A stretch of 64,000 nucleotides of DNA from Podarcis tiliguerta (lineage: Eukaryota), in the NCBI GenBank assembly GCA_965153285.1, contig OZ229110.1; one strand, written 5' to 3'. Made by a program: the position numbers and the translations under genes. Below, one piece after another: positions 49,981 to 62,689 of this stretch. The notes beneath the pieces are model-generated. The model was not told the origin of the DNA and did not search any database. It was given only the letters and a program-made list of their open reading frames with translations. Position 1 is the stretch's first letter. Each line of letters opens with the position of its first letter.

Positions 49981-50310
49981 GAATCATAGAACTGTAGAGT
50001 CGGAAGGGACCTCAGGGATCATCTAGTCCAACCCCCTGCAAGGCAGGAAACTCAGCTCAAGCATCCAGAACAGATGGCCATCCAACCTCTGATTAAAAAC
50101 CTCCAAGGAAGGAGAGTCCACCACCTCCCAAGGGAGACAGTTGCACTGCTGAACAGCTCTTACCATCAGAAAATTCTTCCAGATGTTTAGTCGGAATCTC
50201 CTTTCTTGTAACCTGAAGCCATTGGTTTGAGTCCTCCAGAGCAGGAGAAAACAAGCTTGCTCCCTCTTCCATGTGACAGCCCTCAAGATATTTGAAGATG
50301 GCTAGCATAT
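49981..50310 (-). mobile_element. CR1 LINE 3' fragment
   Basis: GAATCATAGAA tail on +; minus strand reads NGFRLQERRFRLNIWKNFL...SPSLEVFNQRLD. Confidence 0.88.
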
Positions 50311-50352
50311 CTTTTCTCTGACATGCAGATCAGCCCACCCCTGAGTGGCTGT

Positions 50353-50353
50353 A

Positions 50354-50404
<51 letters not shown>

Positions 50405-50626
50405 TTATTTACACCCCCGCCCATCTGGCCTAGCCTCCCCAGCCACTCTGGGCTGCTCCCAACAGAATATTAAAAACACGATAAAACATCAAACATTAAA
50501 AACTACCATAAACAGGGCTGCCTTCAGATGTTTTCTACATGTCAGATAGTTGTTTATTTCCTTGACATCTGATGGGAGGGCATTCCACAGGGCGGGTGCC
50601 ACTACTGAGAAGGCCCTCTGCCTGGT
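50353..50626 (-). mobile_element. L2-type LINE 3' end with long (AAT)n tail
   Basis: Reverse complement of the 33899-34243 family. Confidence 0.8.
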
Positions 50627-52541
50627 AGCAGGTTGAGGTTGCCTCTTTCACCCTTCCATGCAGCACCTTCCATTGATAGAGCCCCTTGTAGTTTTTAGGG
50701 TGGAAGGGATAGCCGCCCCCATCTCATACACCCACCCACACCCCACAGAGTGTTTTGGCTCATATGCTACTCACCTTTCAACCAAGAAGAGGAGGCCATC
50801 CTTCAATTCAGTCAACCCTTTGAGGATGCCGGGTACCTGTCTGATCAACCAGCTGATGGAGGTTCCTTGCAAGCTCCTACAAACCCTCTTGCAGTTTTTC
50901 CCAGTGGAACTTCAAATCTGTAAGTCAGCCAGGTGGCCCAGGCACCCAAGCCTAGAGGAAATGGAGTGGCTACAGAAAGTGCCCTCAGAGGTGGAGCTGG
51001 AAATGAGTCTACCCATGGGGGGAAAGCGATAGGAAGACGGTGGTATGTGCAATTTGGTGACATATTTCCTATTCTGCCAAACCTTTTAGGGTGTAAGAAT
51101 TTTTCCACTGACCTTGCTGTATGTTTTCACTGGTGTTTTAAGTGGTTTCGCTCACCTCCTTCTTGCATTTTGTATTATTATAATCATATATTGGTTGGCA
51201 CCTTGGGCTTTCTTTCAAATGAAGGGTGGGGCAAACCTTCACTGAAGTAAATAATAAATAAGACAAAAAATAAATAAAAAGACAAATAATGCCCAACACA
51301 TTTTAGTGCCTGATATGAAAAATCCAAGTGGAATTCCCCTACCCTTAAAATAGCACGCAGCAAAGTCCATGGGGATCTTTTCCTGTGCAAGTCTCATTGA
51401 AATGAAGACGCACTGCATAAGAGCACTCCTCATGTGTTCCATGTGCTGTCTATAGAACTGGGTGTCCAATTTTTTAAAAATGTTATATATGACTCTGTAG
51501 TGGGGGTCTTAATGCAGGCTTGCAGCGGGGTTTCTCTTAGTCCAAAAGCCAAATTAGGCAAGATTTTAATTGTATGGTTGCAATCAGAATACCTAGTTTT
51601 TTAAATTTAGTTGTATATATGTAGAGTGGGTCAGGAGTGGGATGAAGTGCATGGGGAGGGTTAATCCCCCTCCCCATATGCTATGACTCCAACATAAACC
51701 ACCCTTCCACCCCAAGCTGCTGTTAGCCTTTAGGTGGAAGGTTCAATTGATGCCAACGGATTTAATGAAAAGCAAAGTCATCCAGTAGAAAAGCAACAAC
51801 CCCATTGCTCTTCTGCACAGTACTGCAGCCTCCTGACACTTTTTCTCATTAAAAACAAAACAGTGAGGCTTCATCATTACATACATTTAAGCCCCCCGCC
51901 CACTGCCCCTTATTGTTTGTGCCCTAAACTTGTGGTTAGTGGACACAGTGAGATGGGCTCCTGCCATGCCTAGTAGTCTATGAACGTTTCAGATAATTTA
52001 AAACTCTGAAAGTGACAACCAGGGACAAAGAGCCTGAACCAAGTTTTTCTGTGAGTTGTTGTCACAACTTTGCATTCCAACATCATGTCAAACTGCCAAG
52101 CGGAGAAAGATGCATGCTTCATCCTGGCAGGCAGCGGAGCTGACATTCCTAATTTGGCCATGACATTTATAGGCTTTGCCAATCTGACACAGCTAATTGC
52201 AGGCTTGGCCGGTGTCCCAGGGCCACGGTGTTACTATGCTTGGTCTTGTAGCTGTGAGTCTCTCTCACAGCTCAACAGCTCACTGCCCCCACCCCTTCTC
52301 GACTCTTTGTTATCAGATGCAGCACTCTACTCTCTGGCCTTTTCTGAGTTGTTGTTAGGGGCTGGGGTAGAGGGGGGATGACGGCACATCTTGGTGCCTC
52401 CAGAAGATGGAAAGGCATTGAACTTGTGGATGAAATGAATGGCAGAGCTATGAAAGCGCATTGTCTTGTTTAAACAGGAACCTGTGGCCATCCAAATGCC
52501 GCTGAACTTTGTGGAAGCATTCACTCCAGACATTTAAACCA

Positions 52542-53244
52542 TGTTGTTGTTGTTGTTTAGTCGTTTAGTCGTGTCCGACTCTTCGTGACCCCATGGACCA
52601 GAGCACGCCAGGCACTTCTGTCTTCCACTGTCTCCCGCAGTTTGGTCAGACTCATGTTTGTAGCTTCGAGAACACTGTCCAACCATCTCATCCTCTGTCA
52701 TCCCCTTCTCCTTGTGCCCTCCATCTTTCCCAACATCAGGGTCTTTTCCAGGGAGTCTTCTCTTCTCATGAGGTGGCCAAAGTATTGGAGCCTCAGCTTC
52801 AGGATCTTGTCCTTCCAGTGAGCACTCAGGGCTGATTTCCTTCAGAATGGATAGGTTTGATCTTCTTGCAGTCCATGGGACTCTCAAGAGTCTCCTCCAG
52901 CACCAGAATTCAAAAGCATCAATCCTTCAGCGATCAGCCTTCTTTATGGTCCAGCTCTCACTTCCATACATCACTACTGGGAAAACCATGGCTTTAACTA
53001 TATGGACCTTTGTTGGCAAGGTGATTCTCTGCTTTTTAAGATGCTGTCTAGGTTTGCCATCGCCTTTCTCCCAAGGAGCAGGCGTCTTTTAATTTCGTGA
53101 CTGCTGTCACTATCTGCAGTGATCATGGAGCCCAAGAAAGTAAAATCTCTCACTGCCTCCATTTCTTCCCCTTCTATTTGCCAGGAGGTGATGGGACCAG
53201 TGGCCATGATCTTCATTTTTTTGATGTTGAGCTTCAGACCATAT
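52542..53244 (-). mobile_element. BovB LINE 3' fragment, about 700 bp
   Basis: KIMATGPITSWQIEGEEMEAVRDFTFLGS...EIKRRLLLGRKAM and RVPWTARRSN; (CAA)n tail. Confidence 0.93.
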
Positions 53245-53922
53245 AAACTATACCCCCCAATAATTGTGAGCGCTGCAGTTCACCCCAACAGAGCTCTAAT
53301 TCCCAGCATCCTCAACAAACTACAGTTCCCTGGAAGGGGCGTTTTGAATGTATAGTGTGCACACATCCTCTATCTCATCAGCCCTTGCCAGCATGGTCAA
53401 TGGTGAAGGGTGATGGGAATTGTAATCCCAAAAACATTTGGAGGGCAACAGGTTCCCTACTGCAGCTGTACTTGGATATCCACATCTTCCGGGGCTGGCT
53501 CTTGCGGGAGCCAAGTGGTTTGTGTGAAAGCACAGCTCTCCAAAATGGGTGTCTTTTGGGGTCACACACTCGTGGGAGCCAAAATGGAACATCCCGTGAT
53601 CCAATCAGAAGTCAGGATGGCTTCTGTAATTCCGGGATATCCCACTCAAATCAGGACAGTTGAAAGGTGTGCCAGAGTGATCTGAGCCTTGTCAAAAGGA
53701 GAGTCTCTTTACTACTGCTAGGACCATAATGTAAAAAGCTTTGCTTCGGTACAGTATAGCGGCTCATGGGATCAGACCAGAAGAACATCAGTTGTTTGGC
53801 TTGAGTGTTCGTGATGCTTCCTGTGCCCTCCAGGTTAAGGATAACAAGTGCCCCCAAACATTTCACTGCAAACCATCTGTGCTTTCATTCCTCATGTCGC
53901 TCCTGAAAATTTTTTATCTGGC

Positions 53923-53924
<2 letters not shown>

Positions 53925-53962
<38 letters not shown>
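53925..53962. repeat. (AC)n microsatellite
   Basis: Visible. Confidence 0.95.
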
Positions 53963-53964
<2 letters not shown>

Positions 53965-55767
53965 AGTAGAAATAGTAGATCTAAACACAATGCATTGTAG
54001 GCTTTTATTTATTTTTTTAGTACCTCAAGCCAAGTGAGGGAAAGAGCTTTGTGCTAATGTGTAATAGAGCACAAAGAGGGAGAAAGAAAACAGAAGGCTG
54101 CTGTGTCTGGTGGGAAAGGAGAAGGAACAAAGTATATGGAAATATATAAATTTAGATCTTTGGGTGAGGGAATGTTTGTTGCAGGCTTATCTGTTGGAAT
54201 GATAAATACTTTTGAGTGTGGCTCTAAAAGACTGGTGATCTCAGCTAGCTGCCTCTGAAAACAATATATAAGGAGTGACTTGTGCTTCAGCCCCATTGAT
54301 TTTCGCCTGATTTAAGCCTGCAATACACATTGCCCAGACAAGCCATCTTCCTAAATCAGATCTTTTGTAGCTGGCCTGGAAAAAACAGACCCCAAAGCCC
54401 TTCTACTCAAATGGAGCATCAGGGGATGTCTAGTAATTTCCACAGCCCAGTGAGGAGCAGCTGCGGCAGCAATCCCCAGGTCTCCTCTCAGTCTTCATTT
54501 GAGGAAGCCAATACAGCTCTTGTCTGTAAAGAAATTCTTACAGAGACATACATCTCTGGAGCACAGGGAACTGGGGAAGCTCTGATTGTGGGGGTCCAGA
54601 AGATGGGTCAAAATGCCCATCTTCCTATCTGGCTACAAATAGAATAAACAATAATATTCCTTTCTAAAATATTTTATGGCTTCCAGCATGGAAACAGGGA
54701 AAGGGTAAAAACAGGGAACTGGGGGACATATTGTAGTAACTGCTCCGTGCCAGAGTTTTTAACAAGGAAATTAATCAAGGCAAGCTTATCTGCTTTCCAA
54801 AAATAAAAATTAGGTGATATTTATTGTAAGATGGTCTGCTCCTGCCTCTATGCTAAATGAGAAAGAGGGAGGTAAATGTGCTACTCTGAATGGCACATAA
54901 AAGCAGACATGGCTTGTATTGCCTGGAACTGTTTGTAGCAAACAACTTGCTAGGAAGGTAACCAGTTTCATTCCACGAAGACATTGCATTAGCTGGTTTC
55001 CCAAATAATTACTTCAAAAGGATGCCGTAAGGAACATGAAGGCGATTTGTTATTTTCTCTCCGTATGAGTGAGCTCCTCTCCCCACCAACACCTATAGTA
55101 CAGGGCAAGGTGCTGAGCATTTGTTTGACATATTAGGTGTTGGCATGGACTGAAGAAAGCCATTATGGCCCTAGCAGTAATGTATATAATGAATGGAGCA
55201 TCTAGGTGCTGAAATGCTGCTATTTCAATTGGCCTCTTAAATCTCTCAAAACATGGGCAGCCTGAGACAGCATAACATTCCCATGGCCTCAAAGACTCAA
55301 AATAGTATTTCCTTCCCTGCCTAAGGCTACTTCAAGCCCTGAACAAACATTCTCCTACTTACATGGCTGTGAGTAGAGAACTGAACTCATTTTTTATACG
55401 GATTATGTTCTCACTACCCATAACCTCCCGCTGATAACCTGGGTTTCTGCCAGATAGCAGTCCTGCTTAAAATGTATAAAGAATGAACTTGCGTCTGACA
55501 TTCAGCTCCCTCCGCATTTGCAAGTAACCAGAAGCGCTCAGTGCTTTTGAGGGAATGTCAACACTACACATGTAAACTGGTGTCACAGTAATTCCCTCTC
55601 CCCAGGGAACACCCTGGGAACTCTTCCTCCAAGGGCCAGAGGTTATGTTTTCGCTGGCAATGACCATTTGCCTGGTGGGTGGAGTTTGAAAGAGCGCCCC
55701 CAGTGGGCCAAAGCAGATGTGACATCAATGGCATGAAGTCAATGTTTATTCCAATAAAAGCAGCTGC

Positions 55768-56385
55768 TGGCCCCGGGGGCCAGATCCGGCCCAATCGCCT
55801 TCAGGCCCAAACCGCCTGGCTTTCAATTTGAACTTAGCCTGATCTTTTATTCCCCTTCCTCCCCTCCCCTCCCCCTTTTTATGAAGATTACCTGCTCTGG
55901 GATCCCACAGCTAATTCTCCCATGGTCTTCTCACTGGCCCAAATAGGACTAATTTAGCCAGCTAGCCCTGGTGATCATCTAATGTTTATTGGATGGATTT
56001 CCCCCCTAAATTGATTTTTGAATTCTGAATTTATTGTTATTCACATTTTATACTGTATTTTAAGCTGTTTTTGTTGCATTAATTAAGTGATTTAAATTTT
56101 TTGTTAGCTGCCCTGAGCCCGGTTTTCTGAATCAGGAAGGGCGGGGTATAAATAAAAATTTATTTATTTATTATTTATATTCTAAATCTGGCCCACGGAC
56201 AGTCTGGGAATCAGTGTGTTCTTACATGAGTAGAATGTGTCCTTTTATTTAAAATGCATCTCTGGTTATTTGTGGGGCATAGGAATTTGTTCATTCCCCC
56301 CCCCCAAAAAAAAATATAGTCCAGCCCCCCACAAGGTCTGAGGAACAGTGGACGGCCCCCTGCTGGAAAAGTTTGCTGACCCCTG
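55768..56385 (+). mobile_element. hAT-Charlie (OC1-like) non-autonomous element interrupted by a LINE 3' fragment (about 55803-56179)
   Basis: 3' end TATAGTCCAGCCCCCCACAAGGTCTGAGGAACAGTGGACGGCCCCCTGCTGGAAAAGTTTGCTGACCCCTG; 5' GGCCC repeats; the insert ends in a (TATT)n tail. Confidence 0.6.
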
Positions 56386-59009
56386 CTCTAAGCTGTGGGC
56401 ACCTTCTTTGATTCGCTTTCTCCCTGCCACAGTTCCAGCAAATGCCATTTCTCCAAAGCTGCCATTTGGGTTTCATTTGGTGTCAGCGAAGGATTCCCTT
56501 GAAATGCAAATAGCAGCGCTAGAGAGGCAATTCTTTCTTGTTGTCAGGACTGTGTTAGGGAAAGAATTGAACTTCCCCTCCCCTTCAGTTCTAAGGCTGC
56601 TACATACACAGCAACAAAAATGCACATTAAATGTGTTAAAATTCCCCATGCTTTTATTTAAATAGGCTGTGGGCATCCAAACAGGACAATCGTGGAGGGG
56701 GGGATGCATTGACAACTCAAGTCTAAAAACTTTCCTGTTTAGCCAAGCCTACCCAGACATGTAAAGTTGATGTGTATTCTAATCTGTCACATTAGCTTGC
56801 AATGTACACTTTTGCTTTTTTAAATAAACTTGTTTTTAACATTGACTTTTATTGACAAACGTAAGGAATATTTTATATCCTTTGTAAACCACCTAGAGCT
56901 TTCATTTACATACATACCTAAATACATACAATTTTATTCACATGCCACCTTTCAACAGTTCAAACTATGCTCAAGTCAGCTCACAACATGAAAATAACGC
57001 ATAACTATAACGTAACAAAAGTCGGCATAACAATAAATAAGACATTAAAAATACACAACCAAACTGAACAATGTCTACACAAATCACCAAAAGATATAAA
57101 ATAAAAATACAGAAATCAAAGAACAGCAACAGCAACTACCCCAGCAACAACAACCCCAGCAACACCCCAGCCCCAGTTAAATGGTATACAATTTTTTGTT
57201 AAAAGAATGAAATACGTCAGTGGCCATTGCATGGCTGATACATGGCAACACACACAATCACATGATAAATCAAGTGGGGCAACTGGATATGCTTTTTCAC
57301 ATTAAGTGGTTATGTTTTCCATGCATAAGGCATGGTGAAGGTGCCGTGGAGAAGCAATGGGTGGTGACTTCTGCTAATACTATAGAATAAGTATACTGCA
57401 CAACAATCAGAAGTGCTGCCTGTGTTGAAGAACAAGATGGCAGCCATAATCTTACCTCTTGAATCTGACTAGATTGGGAGTTGAATCTGACTTCCATACT
57501 GGCTACAGGACAGTCTCCTCCAGTCTAGCTTATGGGGGCAGGACACTTTAAGAGATGCTGGCCCATCCACGGCACCCACTACCTGAGGCATGTGCCTCAC
57601 TCTGCCTAATGGTAGGGCCAGGCCAGCCTGCATTTAATCTATCATTTAGTTTGGTCCACGGATTCACAGGGCAGCTCTGTGGGGACATTTCTGCATTTGT
57701 GCAGATCTGCTCCCACCACTGAAAGCCGGCCTATGCGCCAGCTCGATCTGAGCAGCCAGAGCCCTGGCATGTGGGCATAACAGACTAATAATGGAAGTTC
57801 CAAATCTGTCTTGAATCTAAGCAGAAAGTCAGAAGAATTCTTAGAGTGAAAGATTTGCTGCTTGCATTGTCAATGCTTCATAGAATGGCAGCATTCGGTG
57901 CTGCACAATGTAAGTACAATTTTTATCCTGCTTGTAAGATTTTCATCCCCGCTTAGCCAATTCATTGCCTAAATAGAGTTATTAAATATTTACAAAACAA
58001 AGAACCTTCTGCAAAGAGGTTGAGGCACTTGAGATTCTCAAATTTACAGCACAATGACAAGTCCAGAGTTATCTGGGCTGACATTTGAATGAAATTGACA
58101 ATGTAGCGCAAGATGCTCAAAAACCTCTGCATAAATACAAAAGGAGATAGATGGTCATTACGGATGCCTTAAATGTAGCTGGAAAGAATAAATATATCTC
58201 AGCAACCAGATTCCTGTTGTATTGAGCTTGAAGTAGCACCCTTTTTTCTCAGCAAATCTGATACAGGAGGCCTAGGAACACAGATAAGATGCAGGAAGCA
58301 TCTGGAGGTAACCACTCCAGTAGTGGGGGAGATGGGAAGCTGAGCTCACTCCATTGGCTCTTCTGTGACAGGCCAGCTCCATCAGCCATCTTCTCCCCTC
58401 AACTGATACCTAGGGGCAGCCATTCTATCAGGCTGCCTCATTGGGAGAGATAGGAAGCAGGGCTCATTCATCAGCTTTGCTACTGTGCTGGCTGGTCAAT
58501 ATAGGACCTACTGTTCAGAAATTGGTGCCTGATTTTAATTTTCCTCTTCCCTCCTTGTCCCTTTTCCCTTGTGTGTTATGCTTTTTTTAGCTAGTAAGCC
58601 TGCGGTAGGGGCTGTCTTGTTTTGATAGTATGTAAACCACTCTGGGAGTCTTTCTAGTTGAAGAGCAGGGTACAAATACACTAAATATCTCTCCAGGGTT
58701 TCAGGAAAGAGTCATTCCTGGCCCAGCTTGGGGACTGCAGGGCTTGAACAATGCAAATGTTGTGCCATGGAGCTATAGCTAATCTGATGCAGGAGCAAAT
58801 CTGACTATTGGAATCCAAGTGAAAAGCGAAGTCATTCAACATTTCCTGCTGTGAAATTTAGGCCATGGGTAAGTTAACTTTTGTTTTAAATTAAATACCC
58901 TCTCTTGATCAACTTCCTTGTCATTCTGGTCTTCTGAAAGGGTAGATCTAAAGTTCTGCAGCAGTGGTTCAAGAAATCCAGCCATTTTAAAGCATGATTC
59001 AACTGATTT

Positions 59010-59340
59010 GTTTCCGAGCACAATTCAAAATGCTGTTTTTGACCTATAAAGCCTTAAATGGCTCAGGGCTAGCTTACTAGAAGTACCACCTTCCTCTATA
59101 ATCCAATCTGCAACTTAAGATCTCCCACAGAGACCTTACTCATGGTTCCTTCAAGGTATTTGTAAGGTAACAGCACGTGAGATGGACTTTTCTGTGGTGG
59201 CTCCCCCACCTCTAGAACTCTTTCCCTCAGGAGATCCATATGGCTCCTTCACTGTTTGCATTCATGAGTGAAGTTAAAAACAACACACAATTCATTTTTG
59301 GCTTTTGAACGCTCCTGGATATTTTGGCTGCTATTGTTAT
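59010..59340 (+). mobile_element. Old L2-type LINE fragment
   Basis: CAATTCAAAATGCTGTTTTTGACCTATAAAGCCTTAAATGGCTCAGG (FKMLFLTYKALNG) and an FSVVAP motif. Confidence 0.55.
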
Positions 59341-61968
59341 GTCTATTGCTTTAGATATTATTTGTCATTCTGATCTCCCAATGAAAACAATGCAGCACTA
59401 AAGTGTTTGTTTTATTAAAATTCCTTTACACCCTGCTCTCTCTGTGATGATGGAGGCATTTCCCTGAGATTGGAGCGAAAGATTCAGTATATCCTATGGC
59501 CCCTGGGACACCCTCCCAGGGGTCATAGGATTGCATCTTAAAGTGCTTTAATTTGGCTGGATCTTTCCCATCACTATTATTATATTAGGAATCATGCTTA
59601 CAGGTCAGTCAGGATAAGCACCCCACCCATAATAGTAATAGGCAGTTTGCAGAGCTGTCTGTCTGATCCAAATAGTTTCCACACATTTTTTACCATTGTA
59701 AATTTGCACAGTGAGATCTCAATACTCTGTGGGAGGGGTTGTCCTATTATGCTCCACACAATTTTTTCTCATGATGGGTAGGGGAAGAGTCACCTTATGG
59801 GAAGAATAATTTACCTGGATATGTGAGAATTTTTATAGTATAGATTTAAGCTTTTTAACTGTGACACAGAAACAACAGTACTTCTAACGTCTGTGTGGTG
59901 CTTTGGGTAATACTGAATAATCATAATGAACCACAGAGACCTCGAAAATAGTGAATGTGGTTCAATTGAGAAGGACTCCAGAAAATTCACCATGCTGCTG
60001 TATTTTCCTAGCATTTACACCCCACTCCACTGAGAGAATACATTTTGATTTTACAAACGACCACCATTCTGTTAATCCTTGTGCACGTAGCGTCGTCTGT
60101 GACACACTAACTCCATCTAAAAATGGTGGGGTTATTTGTGACGGGTTCTGTGCATGTGTTAGGCATTTAAAAATCTCATCTAACAATCATTGATGTGTGT
60201 TTCTTGAACCTGAGGGTGCCGGCCTGTCATGAATACTAAACACTCCTTATTATAGCAAAGTGCACCACAAGAAGAACTATGGCCTAAATGCATTCAAGCA
60301 AGTCTTCCTAACAGGTTCAGAACTCAGTGGTGGCCAGGGCCCATTGAAAATGGCAGGGCAGAAGACAAGGAGGCCAAGAGAAGGTGGAACCAGAGCCAAT
60401 GGCAGACAGAGCCAACTAATTCCAGTTTGGCTTCCTTCCTCTTCCCTGCTGAGTTCTATAATGGCAACACTGGACTAAGGAAGAGGAAGCTGATGACCAG
60501 CACCACCACACAGGCTGGAGGTAAGAAGGCAGGAATCTGGGGACTGTCAGAACTCCAGCCTGGGATTGTTGTGATGCGTGATGGTGATTAATGTCCACTT
60601 TGGAGAAAGTAAAACCAGTGGAGGCTGCTCCATTAAGGTGAATGGAGAAGTGCCCACCAAATTCAGCCTGCTTTAGCCAGTCCCCACCCAGTGGCAGACC
60701 TTGGTGTCTCAAATTTCAGTACTGCCCTGTTCAACACCACAATCTGGTGCCCCCCCCAATTCTTGCCTTCCATTGGACATCATAGTTGCGATGTCTGCTG
60801 CAGCACCCCAGAAGCTCCACACTCAGTACTCGACAGTTAATTTTACACAAACCGTATTACCACATGCAATGCTCACGTAAAAAGGTATCAGTGTTTCAGC
60901 AAAAGGTTTTCCAAACAATTTCATGAATGATCAAATCGGACATGATTCCATGCTCTAAACTTGCCCCTTTTCTGATTTCTGAACTGGTATTTCCTCCTGC
61001 GACTTTCAATGAATTAATTACACAACTGATCATTGCTGTGACATGCAGCTGTGAAGCATAGGAGAAACTCTCTCTGGTGATATGCTGATGGAATGGACAC
61101 CTCAAATTTGGCATCTCACAGTGATGGAAATTGACTTATGGAATTAGAGTGAGAAGGAAAAACAACACAGCAAAAGACTTTTACAAATTTGGGGAGACTT
61201 TATTTCATATGCAATGTCTAAGGAACATGGCTTTTGAATACCCGCTGTTTATGGAAATCTATGGAAAAGTATTTTGGTATAAAAGAACAACAACAACAGC
61301 AGTTTCTAGATACCTTTAGTCCTGAGCGGGAGTGGAGGAAAGATATGTTAGGGGAGGGATACATTTGTTTGTATTGTTTTGGATATATGAAAAAAAAAAA
61401 AATCCAACTAAAATATTCTGAAAAACACACACCAGCATTTTAAATGGAGCCCGGAAATGTATCAGAAGCCAGGCCAGAATTGGTTAGATGTGTTTGGGCT
61501 ATCTGGTCCCTCATTCTCCCCCTCCCCTTGGTCATTTTTCAGGGTGACCAGGGCCAGTTCCATATCAACCCCAGGCTTAAACCCAGATTGGAATGGGTCC
61601 TGTTTCCTCCAATAGTGCCTGCAACTGAACTGCCACGACACTCTCAAGCACCTTACCCCAAAAGCGGGTATTAGAGACCGGACACTGTTGTCAAACCCTC
61701 AGGGTCTTTTTCAGGAGCAGGTGTACCATCAACTCCTTTAAGGCAGTTGGGATAACCCCCTCATGCAAAGATGCATTAACCAGCTGCCACCCTGACTTGC
61801 ACCAACAACCAGGATGGGCAAGGGTCAAGAGGGCCAGGGATGGGATGGGCAGCTAGAAACACCTTGCCCACATCCTCAGGCCTCCGTAGCTGGAACTGAT
61901 CCCACAGAACTAGATATGACAGTGTGCTGGATGTCTCACCAGAGATTATAATAGCAAAGGAATCAATA

Positions 61969-62183
61969 TAGTGGTACCTTGGGTTACAGACGCTTCAAGT
62001 TACAGACTCCGCTAACCCAGAAATAGTACCTCGGGTTAAGAACTTTGCTTCAGGTTGAGAACAGAAATCGTGCGGCAGCAGCAGGAGGCACCATTAGCTA
62101 AAGTGGTGCTTCAGGTTAAGAACAGTGTCAGGTTAAGAACGGACCTCCAGAACGAATTAAGTTCTTAACCCAAGGTGCCACTG
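61969..62183. mobile_element. Tc1/mariner (Tigger-like) MITE
   Basis: Same TIR family as the 21126, 26620 and 31332 copies; TA flanks. Confidence 0.82.
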
Positions 62184-62689
62184 TATTTGTATGAAGGCGA
62201 ATGGGTTTGTGTTTGAAGTGCCTCGCAAACTTATCACAGCCCAGGCCTTTGATGCTTCCAGTGCCTCATTATCCCAAAATTGCTTCACAAACAAGTCAAT
62301 GCAGGCCTCTGACACCTCTTTGGGGCCAGCATGTAAAAGGCCCCGAAGCCATTCTGAAGAACTTTTGGCTGGCACTGGGAGGATACAACGGAAGCAGAGA
62401 GAAAACATTTCTTGGCTGCATTCACGGCCTCAGACCAGGCTTGACAGTGGGCTCATACTTGTGTTTGATTGTACTTGAGAGTTTTCTTTCACGTGTTTAT
62501 GCCATCTCCCTTACTGGTTCATTATTCTCGGACCATGGCAGGCCCTGAGGGAGAGGAGATGACGCTCAAGAGCGATTGTGTCAACCACCTGGGCTGTCTT
62601 CATTATTCTTCTCAATTTTGTTGTACTGATGTGAAACGGGTTGGCTTTTTTTAATAATATAGTTTTTTATTTTTTTAATAATATAGTAG

